DNA of 57,238 bases from the NCBI GenBank assembly GCA_964644695.1, contig CAZXWN010000016.1:1-57238 (forward strand). Reading direction: 5' to 3'. Made by a program: the position numbers and the translations under genes. Shown here one piece after another: positions 19,326 to 28,533 of the stretch. The stretch is from an uncultured bacterium (GTDB lineage: Bacteria; UBP4; UBA4092). Each line of letters begins with the position of its first letter. Positions within the stretch are counted from its first letter, which is position 1. The notes under the pieces are model-generated. The model was not told the origin of the DNA. It saw nothing but the letters and a program-made list of their open reading frames with translations, and did no database searches.

Positions 19326-20279
19326 ATGAGATTTCTCAATGAAACAAATATAGATTTTGTTGGAATACGGAAATACGGTTACATCATCACCACGGTGCTG
19401 ATTTTAGCCAGTATCGCCGCATTTATCTTTAACTACCAAAAGATGGGTACTCCTTTTTACTGGGGTCTGGATTTCCGCGGTGGTATCAGTATCACTGTTG
19501 ATTATACTCAGCCTATCAGTGAAGAAACCATTCGTACACAATTAGCTCCATTGGCTCTGAAAGACCTCACCATTCAGCGTGTTATGACCAATGGTAAACC
19601 AACTTTCATTATCCGGACTACTACCGGCGATAATGAAAAGGATGCTAAAACCAACCTTGCAACCAACATTATAACCACGCTAAAAACAGCGGCTGGTAAT
19701 AATAATCTAACCGTTCTTTCACAAAAGTCAGTAGGTTCATCTGTCGCGAATGACTTTATCAACCGTGCTTCCTGGGCAGTTGTTCTGTCATGGCTGGGTA
19801 TTATCGTTTATCTGGCTATTCGGTTTGAGTTCAAGTTTGCGACAGCAGGTGTATTTGCTCTGGTGCACGATACCATCATTACCCTGGGTGCCTTGGCCCT
19901 TTTCCAGAAAGAGTTTTCTCTGGTCATCGTAGCCGCTATTCTGACCAACATTGGTTATTCGATTAACGATACCATCATCATCTATGATCGAATCCGGGAA
20001 GACCGTCGGTTACATTCCCGAATGACTTTCGGAGAACTGATCAATCTCAGTACCAACCAAACCCTAAGCAGAACGATTCTGACCGTCTTAACCGTCTTAA
20101 TTGTGGCCTTAAGCTTGTTCTTCTTTGGTGGAGCTGTTCTTCATGATTTCGCCTTCACAATCATTATCGGTGTCTTCACAGGAACCTTCTCTTCAGTCTT
20201 CGTTGCCAGTCCCATCATCCTGGAATGGATCAACTGGGAAAAGCGCCGCGAAGCTAAAAAAGCACAACTGAATAAATAG
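19326..20279 (+). CDS. secF: Protein translocase subunit SecF
   Basis: GLDFRGG, ALVHD and GYSINDTIIIYDRIRE motifs. Confidence 0.97.
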   Translation: MRFLNETNIDFVGIRKYGYIITTVLILASIAAFIFNYQKMGTPFYWGLDFRGGISITVDYTQPISEETIRTQLAPLALKDLTIQRVMTNGKPTFIIRTTTGDNEKDAKTNLATNIITTLKTAAGNNNLTVLSQKSVGSSVANDFINRASWAVVLSWLGIIVYLAIRFEFKFATAGVFALVHDTIITLGALALFQKEFSLVIVAAILTNIGYSINDTIIIYDRIREDRRLHSRMTFGELINLSTNQTLSRTILTVLTVLIVALSLFFFGGAVLHDFAFTIIIGVFTGTFSSVFVASPIILEWINWEKRREAKKAQLNK

Positions 20280-20282
20280 TTC

Positions 20283-20310
20283 TTGACCTGATTCAATCTC
20301 AGGTTACAAT
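20283..20310 (+). promoter_or_regulatory. Putative sigma70 promoter for fusA2
   Basis: TTGACC, 16-nt spacer, TACAAT immediately after the secF stop. Confidence 0.5.
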
Positions 20311-20320
20311 GAATGTTAAA

Positions 20321-20354
20321 TGTCTCGGGCGGTAAACTAAAATCGCCCGAGACA
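20321..20354 (+). terminator. Strong hairpin: secF terminator or 5' hairpin of the fusA2 leader
   Basis: 13-bp stem tgtctcgggcggt/atcgcccgagaca (one G-U pair); no clear U-tract. Confidence 0.45.
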
Positions 20355-20366
20355 ACTTAAACTCAG

Positions 20367-20521
20367 CACGGACAGTCGCCTTCGATAGTGCGAAGCAGGA
20401 ATTAAATAAGTTAAGCGAGTTATCCTGAAAGGGAGTCTCGCGGTTCCAGCGCTAACTGGTTTAACTGATTTAATTACTATGATGAAAATCATAATTACTA
20501 TCGGTAAGGAGACTGTCTGTG
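20367..20521 (+). promoter_or_regulatory. Candidate structured 5' leader sequestering the fusA2 RBS and start codon
   Basis: 20367-20389 is complementary to 20497-20521 (contains AAGGAG and GTG); inner stem 20400-20414/20461-20475; two GAAA-capped hairpins. Confidence 0.55.
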
Positions 20522-22612
20522 AATGTAAAAGAGTTCCCCTCCAGCAACATCCGTAACCTGGCGATTGCCGGGCACAACGGAACCGGAAAATCCTCTCTCT
20601 TGGAAGCCATTCTTTACATGGCTGGCGTAACTACCCGGATGGGAAAAACCGAAGAAGGAAATACCGTTTCTGATTACGATCCCGATGAAATTAAACGCGG
20701 GACATCCATCAATGCCACTTTAGCAACGTGCGAGTGGAAAAAGTGTAAGGTCAATTTTATTGACACTCCCGGTTATCCAGATTTCATCGGTGATGTGAAA
20801 GGTTCTTTACGCGTCGCGGATTGCGTTCTCGTTGTCTTAAATGCCCACTCCGGAGTTGAAACCGAAACTGAAAAAGTATGGCATTATGCAACAGAATACA
20901 ATGTTCCCAAAGCCATCTACATTAATAAGATGGACAAGGAACGGGCGGATTTCGACGCTGCTGTAGCCTCTGTGGAAAAGACCTTCGGTGTAAGAGCGGT
21001 CCCCCTGGAAATACCCATTGGCAAAGAAGCAGGCTTTAAGGGTGTTGTTAATGTCTTAACGAAAAAAGCTTACACAGCAAAGGGCAATAAGTTTGAAGAA
21101 ATACCAACCCCTGCTGAAATGGCTGACGACTTGGAAATGGCATGGGCAAAGCTTTGTGAAGCCGTTTCAGAAACTTCTGACGAGCTCATCATGAAGTTCC
21201 TTGATGGACAAGAACTGACCACTGAAGAAGTCCTTCAGGGTATCAAGGATGGCATTTTGAAACAGGTATTTGTCCCGGCCTTCTGCGGTTCCGCCTCCAA
21301 TGGTATTGGTGTTCATGGTTTAATGGACATCATCAGTGAATACTTCCCTGCACCTTCTGATTTCCCTCCAATTAAAGCTGTAAAAGGTGACGGCAGTGAA
21401 GTTGAAGTTACTTGTGATCCCAACGGTCCACTGGCTGCTTTCGTGTTTAAGACCATCGCTGACCCATTTGCTGGCCGATTAAGCCTAATCCGTGTTTATT
21501 CAGGAACCTTATCCAAAGACGCCATTACTTATAATTCCGTAAAGGACAAAGAAGAAAAGATTGCGTCCCTCATGCTCCGGTGCGGTAAAGATAAACAGGA
21601 TGTCCATAATATTTGCGCAGGCGATATTGCCGCCTCTGCAAAGCTGTCCATTACCACAACCTCTGACACTTTATGTGCCAAGGGAAGCAATATAAAACTC
21701 ACCCCCATCAAATACCCAGAGCCACAAATCACAATGGCGATTGAGGCCAAGACACAGGGTGAAGAAGATAAACTCGGCAACGCTTTCAGCCGCTTATTAG
21801 AAGAAGATCCGACCCTTTCACTGAAGCGTGACAGTGAAATGCATCAGACATTAATTTCCGGCATGGGTGAAATGCACTTGAATGTTATGCTGGAAAAAGC
21901 CAAATCTAAATTCGGTGCGGATGCCATATTGAAAGAACCCAGAATCCCCTATAGGGAAACCATCAAAGCAAAAGCATTGGGTGTCCAGGGTAAATTCAAA
22001 CGCCAGTCTGGTGGCCGTGGCCAGTATGGTGACTGCGTAATTGATATGGAACCTTTACCGCGCGGCTCTGATTTTGAATTCTTCAATGATATTCATGGCG
22101 GCGTGATTCCTTCCAACTTCATTCCATCCATTGAAAAGGGTATTCGCGAAGCGAAAGAACATGGTATCCTGGCCGGATATCCAGCGGTTGACTTTAAGGT
22201 CAGACTCCACTTCGGTTCTTACCATGATGTAGATTCTTCTGATATGGCCTTTAAGATTGCAGGTTCCATGGCTTATAAGAAAGCAATGGAACAGTGTAAG
22301 CCGACCATTTTGGAACCGGTCATGAATGTTGAAGTCCGTGTTCCTGAAGAATACATGGGTGCGGTCATGGGTGATTTGAATTCCCGCCGTGGACAGGTCA
22401 TGGGTATGGAAGCTGACGGGAGTTATCAGGTCATCAAAGCCCAGGTCCCACAGGCGGAAATGCACAGATACTCCGTGGATCTTCGTTCGATTGCCCGCGG
22501 CCGTGGTTCCTTCATTATGAGGTTCTCTCATTATGCGGAATGTCCGCCGGATGTCCAGAAGAAGATCATCGAAACATCCGATCGGAAGGTCAAATCCGAA
22601 GACGAAGCATAA
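20519..22612 (+). CDS. fusA2: Elongation factor G paralog (EF-G2 / EFG II type)
   Basis: Full EF-G architecture (RQSGGRGQYG, YHDVDSS, LLEPV-like motif) with divergent G motifs GHNGTGKSS, RGTSI and DTPGY; located outside the str operon. Confidence 0.92.
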   Translation: MNVKEFPSSNIRNLAIAGHNGTGKSSLLEAILYMAGVTTRMGKTEEGNTVSDYDPDEIKRGTSINATLATCEWKKCKVNFIDTPGYPDFIGDVKGSLRVADCVLVVLNAHSGVETETEKVWHYATEYNVPKAIYINKMDKERADFDAAVASVEKTFGVRAVPLEIPIGKEAGFKGVVNVLTKKAYTAKGNKFEEIPTPAEMADDLEMAWAKLCEAVSETSDELIMKFLDGQELTTEEVLQGIKDGILKQVFVPAFCGSASNGIGVHGLMDIISEYFPAPSDFPPIKAVKGDGSEVEVTCDPNGPLAAFVFKTIADPFAGRLSLIRVYSGTLSKDAITYNSVKDKEEKIASLMLRCGKDKQDVHNICAGDIAASAKLSITTTSDTLCAKGSNIKLTPIKYPEPQITMAIEAKTQGEEDKLGNAFSRLLEEDPTLSLKRDSEMHQTLISGMGEMHLNVMLEKAKSKFGADAILKEPRIPYRETIKAKALGVQGKFKRQSGGRGQYGDCVIDMEPLPRGSDFEFFNDIHGGVIPSNFIPSIEKGIREAKEHGILAGYPAVDFKVRLHFGSYHDVDSSDMAFKIAGSMAYKKAMEQCKPTILEPVMNVEVRVPEEYMGAVMGDLNSRRGQVMGMEADGSYQVIKAQVPQAEMHRYSVDLRSIARGRGSFIMRFSHYAECPPDVQKKIIETSDRKVKSEDEA

Positions 22613-22637
22613 TTCCAACTATCTCTATGATGATACC

Positions 22638-22670
22638 AAGGCGGTTGTCTCACGACAGCCGCCTTTTTCT
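22638..22670 (+). terminator. Intrinsic terminator after fusA2
   Basis: aaggcggttgtc-tcac-gacagccgcctt followed by a T-tract. Confidence 0.85.
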
Positions 22671-22721
22671 TTATCCTGCTAATTCAGGTAAAATATCCAT
22701 AAACTTATTCAGGATGATCAA

Positions 22722-23462
22722 ATGTCTATAAAAGCTCTTTGTTTCGATTACGGGAACACCATTGTATCCATTGAAATGGATTGGAAAATCCAGCACCCGA
22801 AAAACATCGCCGGGATGACTGAGTATTTGAAACCCCTGGTCAAAAGCCAGGAATTGGCTGAATTAACTGCCAATAAATTCCATCAGAATAAACACGCTTA
22901 TGCCACTCTGGGCAGAAAAAATAATCACGAATATCCCAGTGAGGATGTCCTGATGGAGACATTACGGGAATGTCAGGCACCGGAATTGTCGGCCTGGCAG
23001 AGAGATGAAGCGGTGCGTGCCTATTTCCGGCCTGAACGGAATAATTATGTTCTGGTGTCCCAATGTCATGAAGTCCTTGATGCGCTGAAAACAGCCGGTT
23101 ATAAACTGGCTATTATTTCAAATGCCAGTTCCAGCAATTTGATACGGGATGAAATTCAAGAACGAAACCTGACGGAGTATTTTGATTTTGTCACCGTATC
23201 TTCAGACCATTTTTATCGGAAGCCTTTACCAGAGATATACAATATGGCACTCAATGCTCTGGGAGTTGAACATCCATCAGCGGTGATGGTTGGAGATGTT
23301 CCGGCCTATGATGTTGAAGGCCCGAAAGCCATCGGAATGAAAGCCATTCTGGCTACCTATGTAAAATCTTCCGAAGGTCTTCAATATCCCTCCGCAGTCA
23401 CTCCCGATGGGGTAGCGGAAACCTTTGCCGACATCCCCCAGATTATCCATGAATGGAAGTAA
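22722..23462 (+). CDS. HAD-superfamily hydrolase
   Basis: FDYGNT, ISN, RKP and MVGD...D motifs. Confidence 0.88.
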   Translation: MSIKALCFDYGNTIVSIEMDWKIQHPKNIAGMTEYLKPLVKSQELAELTANKFHQNKHAYATLGRKNNHEYPSEDVLMETLRECQAPELSAWQRDEAVRAYFRPERNNYVLVSQCHEVLDALKTAGYKLAIISNASSSNLIRDEIQERNLTEYFDFVTVSSDHFYRKPLPEIYNMALNALGVEHPSAVMVGDVPAYDVEGPKAIGMKAILATYVKSSEGLQYPSAVTPDGVAETFADIPQIIHEWK

Positions 23463-23464
23463 AT

Positions 23465-24223
23465 ATGCCTCAAATCAAATCGGATAACTATCAGAAATTC
23501 GCCCCTTTCTATGACATCCTGGGATTCAATCTGTTTTCATTTATGATTATTCCTTATCTGGATGACATGCTGGTCCGGTTAAATTTTAACGGGACCCATG
23601 TGTTGGATATGGGTTGTGGAACTGGGGACACGGCCATGTGGTTTTCCGATAAAGGTTATGAGGTCACAGGGATTGATATTTCAAAGGCCATGCTGACGGA
23701 AGCTAAAAGAAAAGCTAAAGAAGAGGGGATGAAGATCACCTATCTGGAAAAAGATATGAGGAAACTCACCTTCAAAAATGAATTTGATTTGGCCGTGTGC
23801 CTGTTCGATTCCATGAACCATATTTTGAAGGAAGAAGAGCTGTCCATGGTAATGAAGGGGGCCTGCCACGCATTGAAAAAAGGCGGATGGTTTTTGTTTG
23901 ATATGGTAACTCCCTATGAATTGTCTCAGCAGTGGGATGATGCGGTCCGGAGAGAAACGTCCGATAAAATAGAATTAGTTTTAAACAGTACCTATGACCG
24001 TAAAACCCGTATTGCGACATTAAATGGAACTTTCACAGACCAATCGGGAAAAACGCCTAAGATCTTCACTCAATCCTTCCAGGAACGAGCCTATACTCCC
24101 ACTCAAATGAATGAGATTATAAAGAGCTCGGGGCTGGTCCTGAGAGAACAATTCAAGTGTTTTTCCTTCGACCCACCGAAAGCCCAAACCTACCGAATAT
24201 TCTACGCACTTCAGAAGCCTTGA
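23465..24223 (+). CDS. Class I SAM-dependent methyltransferase
   Basis: VLDMGCGTG, GIDIS and FDSMNH motifs; alternative start at 23453. Confidence 0.88.
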   Translation: MPQIKSDNYQKFAPFYDILGFNLFSFMIIPYLDDMLVRLNFNGTHVLDMGCGTGDTAMWFSDKGYEVTGIDISKAMLTEAKRKAKEEGMKITYLEKDMRKLTFKNEFDLAVCLFDSMNHILKEEELSMVMKGACHALKKGGWFLFDMVTPYELSQQWDDAVRRETSDKIELVLNSTYDRKTRIATLNGTFTDQSGKTPKIFTQSFQERAYTPTQMNEIIKSSGLVLREQFKCFSFDPPKAQTYRIFYALQKP

Positions 24224-24271
24224 GTTAAACTCAAACTAGAAGTTGATTTACGAAAGGGAAATATCATATCC

Positions 24272-25102
24272 ATGTATTGGGTTGATTATCATGTACACCC
24301 GAACACTTTTATAAATGGGCGGTATTGGCCGCACAATCAGCCACTGCACGCTCATTTAGAAGTCTGCCGGCAAAAGGGAATCCACGAAATAGGGTTTTCA
24401 GAACATGGACCCAGATATCACCCTACCTACAACCATACTTCCTTACAGATGGATGATATACCGGCCTATTATGACACGCTGATGGCCCTACAAGAGACAA
24501 ACCGGGATATTAAGATTAGAGTAGGCCTTGAGCTGGATTACGCCCCAGAATTTGAATCTAAGTGGCATCACCTGAAAAAACAGGCTCCTTTTGATTTCCT
24601 GGCTGGAGCGGTTCATTTTTTACCGAATTGGCTTCCCACACCAGAGGGCCGGAGAGCCTATGATAAAACCGGAAGAACTCTGGAGCATCTGTTCATCGAA
24701 TATTATCAGATGATGAAATCAGCAGCCCGAAGTCAATTATTTGATTTTCTGGCACATCCGGATTTAGTCAAGATCCATTCCATCTTGAGTCACCTGCCCG
24801 AACCGGATATCCATATCGAATTATGGGAAGAGTTTTGCGAAGTGTGTCGAGAAAATCAACAGGTCATTGAATTTGATACCGGATGGAAACGGCATGAATT
24901 AGACTGTTATCGGCCTGCTCCAGATTTTCTGGAGATAGCCCGAAGATATGACATCCCCATCACCTTGGGGTCAGATGCCCATAAACCAGAGGATATCGGG
25001 ACAGCCTACGAATCACTGCCGGAGATTCTTCATCAGGCCGGTTATACTCACGTCACAACTTTCCATAGACACCGCGCAACGCAGCATCCAATTCATGACT
25101 GA
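24272..25102 (+). CDS. PHP-family histidinol-phosphatase-like (HisJ/HisK) hydrolase
   Basis: DYHVH, FSEH, GAVH, AHPD and GSDAH motifs. Confidence 0.85.
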   Translation: MYWVDYHVHPNTFINGRYWPHNQPLHAHLEVCRQKGIHEIGFSEHGPRYHPTYNHTSLQMDDIPAYYDTLMALQETNRDIKIRVGLELDYAPEFESKWHHLKKQAPFDFLAGAVHFLPNWLPTPEGRRAYDKTGRTLEHLFIEYYQMMKSAARSQLFDFLAHPDLVKIHSILSHLPEPDIHIELWEEFCEVCRENQQVIEFDTGWKRHELDCYRPAPDFLEIARRYDIPITLGSDAHKPEDIGTAYESLPEILHQAGYTHVTTFHRHRATQHPIHD

Positions 25103-25103
25103 T

Positions 25104-25841
25104 TTATTCGGTGATGCGTTCTCGGACCCTGCTCCAATTTTCCTTTTCCAGAAAACTACCGGAAATATTTTGTTCCATCTCTAAAAACATTTGATAGGGA
25201 ACGGTAAAGGAAACATAATTTTTATCTACCATGGGCCGGACTGTGACATCCAGTAAACCAACGACGGCTTTAGGTGTTTCTTTTTTGGATTCATCGAGTG
25301 GCAGGATAAAAAGAGACTGGCATCCGGCGCCAAAAGGAATCCTCACCTGGTCAATTCCCGGAGAGTTATAATTCGCCAACACAGTTAATGCGGACAACTG
25401 GTCCATATTCACATAGAAAGAAATCAAGACGGGCGTTTCCGATTCGGGATTCACTTGAGTCACCGGCTTCAAGACAACATATTCACTGGGAATGTCAGTC
25501 ATCGGAAGATTATCCACGAAGTCTTTTGCCAGTTCAGGTGTTTTGATATATCCCTCACCCTCTCGGAATCCTTCTTTACCTGCCGAAAGGAAATATTCTA
25601 TTCCACCCGGAAAATTCATATAAGCATTTCCAAATCCCATTCCCACTTTCCCACCCAGACAGGTGGTTGTTTTTCGGCTGAAAACGACCATTTTACCTTT
25701 GGCGGCAGCTCTGAAAAAGGGCACCACACAAGTCCAGACACCTTCTCTGGCTTCTAAAACATCGGCGGGCTTCTCATCCATCATCAGAAAAGCGACGGGT
25801 AAATATTGAAGTTTTAATTTATCAATTAAACGGCTTTCCAT
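25104..25841 (-). CDS. DUF169-family protein
   Basis: Conserved Cys pattern (WTCVV, TCLGG, FGAGCQS) and VVGLLDVTVR resemble DUF169. Confidence 0.7.
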   Translation of the reverse strand: MESRLIDKLKLQYLPVAFLMMDEKPADVLEAREGVWTCVVPFFRAAAKGKMVVFSRKTTTCLGGKVGMGFGNAYMNFPGGIEYFLSAGKEGFREGEGYIKTPELAKDFVDNLPMTDIPSEYVVLKPVTQVNPESETPVLISFYVNMDQLSALTVLANYNSPGIDQVRIPFGAGCQSLFILPLDESKKETPKAVVGLLDVTVRPMVDKNYVSFTVPYQMFLEMEQNISGSFLEKENWSRVRERITE

Positions 25842-25969
25842 AGGTAAATTCCTTCCACAAAAAATAAGTGTGGCTATTTATACCGATTCTACTGCGACTC
25901 AAGAAAGGTGTCCACCCGGTTCGATAGTGGGACTTTGGTTTGATAATTCCCTAGGGAAACCGCACAAAT

Positions 25970-26018
25970 AACGAACATTTCACGGAGCTGTTCAGACCCT
26001 CTCCGTACCTTCTTCGTT
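25970..26018. repeat. REP-like palindromic intergenic repeat, copy 2
   Basis: aacgaa...acggag...ctccgt...ttcgtt; its reverse complement aligns with 9634-9680. Confidence 0.7.
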
Positions 26019-26116
26019 GCTGAGACTCGAATCATACTTGTAGAAATAGAAGTGATAAATAAGACTTTAATCGGCGTGAAGAATCACATAGATATCCCTG
26101 AAAAGGAAAATTTCTA

Positions 26117-28492
26117 TCAGGGTTTGATCAGGTAGAGATTGGGGAAATACGGGTTAATGGCACGGATTTTATCTGCCCATTGATGTGCCTGCATTTTGTC
26201 GCCCTTGATTTGCCAGTACAAACCAATACCCAGCATGGCATCAAGATCCCTGGGGTCTTTTTCTAAAAGCCGTTTTAACAAAGGCAGCGTTTCATCAATA
26301 CGGTCTGGAGGATTCCCCAACAAATTGAATAAACGGAAGACTGCCTCCCGCTGATAAGGGTCAATTGCCAGGGCCTGCCACAACAACTCTTCCGCATGTT
26401 TTTTATCCCCAATATCCACAAGTTTTACCGTGGGGAATAAAAACCGGGCCTCCATGAAATAAGGGTCATTCCGGTCAGCCTTCTTCCAAAGTTTGACAGC
26501 CTCTGCCTGTTTTCCTGACTCCCAAAGAAGAAGCCCTGCTCTAAACAATGATTCAGATGGTTTATAGACTTTTCCATCACCGTGATATTCCAAGGCCAGA
26601 CTTTTTACGGGAGGATAAATAAATCCTGCCATTCGGTAATGGGTAATAGCCAGTTCCGTAAAAGCTCGGGCAGATTGCTGGTCATTCATTTCAAGAGCAT
26701 TTCTCCGGAGCCATTCAGAAGCCTCCGCAAAATCATAATGAAGGTCGGAGTATTGCATATCACGCAGCGCCAGTTGATATTGGTGAACCGCCCCCAACAC
26801 ATCCCCTAACCGTACATAAGCCAATCCCAACTGATAGTGAGCCCGACCATTTCGGGGGTCAAGCCGCACGGCCTGATTTCCATATTTTGCAGCAAGATTC
26901 AAAGCCGCTGTAACACCCTCTTGCGAATCTGCCATTCGTAAATCTTCGGCCACCTGAAGATAATATTCCAATCTGTTTTTGGCATAATCCGCTTTCAAGG
27001 TCACCAGTATGGGCCAGGTCAACAGAAGCACACAAATACCCGTCAGAATCAGGGTCGCTTTCTCTTTTAAGGTCAGTGAATTTTGTTCCACAGTTGTTGG
27101 AGATTGGTTTGAAGGTTCCCATATTACCCAGACAGCAAAGAATATCCATGTTGCCGCCAGTGGAGCCACATGGAAAGGAAAGTCCACCAGAGATTGAATC
27201 AATACGCCCAGAACTCCCGCCAATATAGCGCTTCGGTCACCCAAAACAGAATCCGTTATCAAAGAGGATTTCCAGGCTCGCCGGATAAAGACAAACAAAA
27301 GCCAGCCCATGGCTGCAAAACCAATAAGACCCATTTCGGCCAGGACTTCCAGATATTCATTATGGGAATGATTGGTCAGTTTGGCCGTAGGTTCTAACTG
27401 GGTATTCGGATGCTGGTCAAAATATTCACCCTGCGCCAATGGAATCCAGTATTTGAAGGAACCCAGTCCACACCCCGTAATCGGATTATCCTTGAATAAA
27501 GTCCACGACCCGGCCCACATCCGGATCCGGTCATCCCGGAAATAAGTTTTTTTCTGTAACAAAGTATCATGAAGCCGTTGCGTAATAGATACACCTAAAG
27601 GATTCAGGGGATTTTTGAATGAGAGAATCCCGAACCCCACCATAAAAATCAAAGCTCCGGCAATAATTTGCCATCGGAATTTACGGATAAAGTCTTTCCA
27701 ACCGGTCTGAACAACACTTCGATAAAACAGGAGAAGAGCCCCTGCCAACACACCCAGCCAGACTCCACGAGACAGGGTCGCTAACAGGATAAATCCAAAC
27801 CACACCAGCAACAGGCCAGTAACAGGTTTGAACCATCGTTGCGTATAATGGCCATTTTTCCGAAGATACAGGAGGGCTGCACTGCATAACATGATAAAAC
27901 AGGCAACACCGTTATTATGCCCAATGGTGGCGGCCATTCGATTCCGGTCATCGGCCTGAGGAAGTAATCCCCACCAATAAAATTGAAGATGTTGACTGGT
28001 GGCCATTAAGGCAACGACGACACCTGTCAAAACCAGCCACCCGGAAAGACGGAGAACCTCTTCTCGTTTCCAATTCCTGTCATTGAGGATATATATCAAC
28101 AAAACACCCAAAACCAAAAGGGTCCAGCTCTCATAGTGATCCGGTAAAACATGAGAAAGGTTGGCAAGGATGGACAGGGTAGCAGCGACTACAAATAACA
28201 GGAGCGCACTCCCTACGGGCAAGGGTCTTAACCGGGTCTCGCGGGATAAAAGTTTACTGCAAAGAGTCAGGGCAAGCAGTACATAAACACTGATTTTGAA
28301 GAAGGCCTCTTTCATGACCAGATTGGTAAAAAGAGGAATCCAATGGGGGCGGCTGACGATATCAGGGCTTAATTCTTTAACGATAATATGCCCAGGTCCA
28401 CGAATCATTAATAACGGACAAACCACAAGTAACAGGAGGGCGACTAACAACCATCCTTTATTGATACGAGATATCCAGGCAATACGGTTCAT
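26117..28492 (-). CDS. O-antigen ligase-family (Wzy_C) membrane protein with C-terminal TPR repeats
   Basis: TLSRG, RIRMW, GCGLGSF and HSHNEYLEVLAEMG motifs; TPR-like helical repeats (DPRNGRAHYQLG). Confidence 0.85.
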   Translation of the reverse strand: MNRIAWISRINKGWLLVALLLLVVCPLLMIRGPGHIIVKELSPDIVSRPHWIPLFTNLVMKEAFFKISVYVLLALTLCSKLLSRETRLRPLPVGSALLLFVVAATLSILANLSHVLPDHYESWTLLVLGVLLIYILNDRNWKREEVLRLSGWLVLTGVVVALMATSQHLQFYWWGLLPQADDRNRMAATIGHNNGVACFIMLCSAALLYLRKNGHYTQRWFKPVTGLLLVWFGFILLATLSRGVWLGVLAGALLLFYRSVVQTGWKDFIRKFRWQIIAGALIFMVGFGILSFKNPLNPLGVSITQRLHDTLLQKKTYFRDDRIRMWAGSWTLFKDNPITGCGLGSFKYWIPLAQGEYFDQHPNTQLEPTAKLTNHSHNEYLEVLAEMGLIGFAAMGWLLFVFIRRAWKSSLITDSVLGDRSAILAGVLGVLIQSLVDFPFHVAPLAATWIFFAVWVIWEPSNQSPTTVEQNSLTLKEKATLILTGICVLLLTWPILVTLKADYAKNRLEYYLQVAEDLRMADSQEGVTAALNLAAKYGNQAVRLDPRNGRAHYQLGLAYVRLGDVLGAVHQYQLALRDMQYSDLHYDFAEASEWLRRNALEMNDQQSARAFTELAITHYRMAGFIYPPVKSLALEYHGDGKVYKPSESLFRAGLLLWESGKQAEAVKLWKKADRNDPYFMEARFLFPTVKLVDIGDKKHAEELLWQALAIDPYQREAVFRLFNLLGNPPDRIDETLPLLKRLLEKDPRDLDAMLGIGLYWQIKGDKMQAHQWADKIRAINPYFPNLYLIKP

Positions 28493-28533
28493 TGCTAATC
28501 ATTTTAGCACTGCTCCCGTACTGCCTGTTGATA

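Noticed and set aside
20309..20335. Mini-ORF MNVKCLGR whose first four residues match the EF-G2 N-terminus (MNVK)
   Set aside because: Its ATG overlaps the predicted -10 box and it has no convincing RBS, so it is most likely coincidence.
20367..20521. 6S RNA or a known riboswitch
   Set aside because: The rod-with-bubble shape is superficially 6S-like, but it overlaps the fusA2 SD and start codon and lacks the motifs I know for 6S, SAM, c-di-GMP, TPP or T-box elements. It is kept as an unnamed leader candidate.
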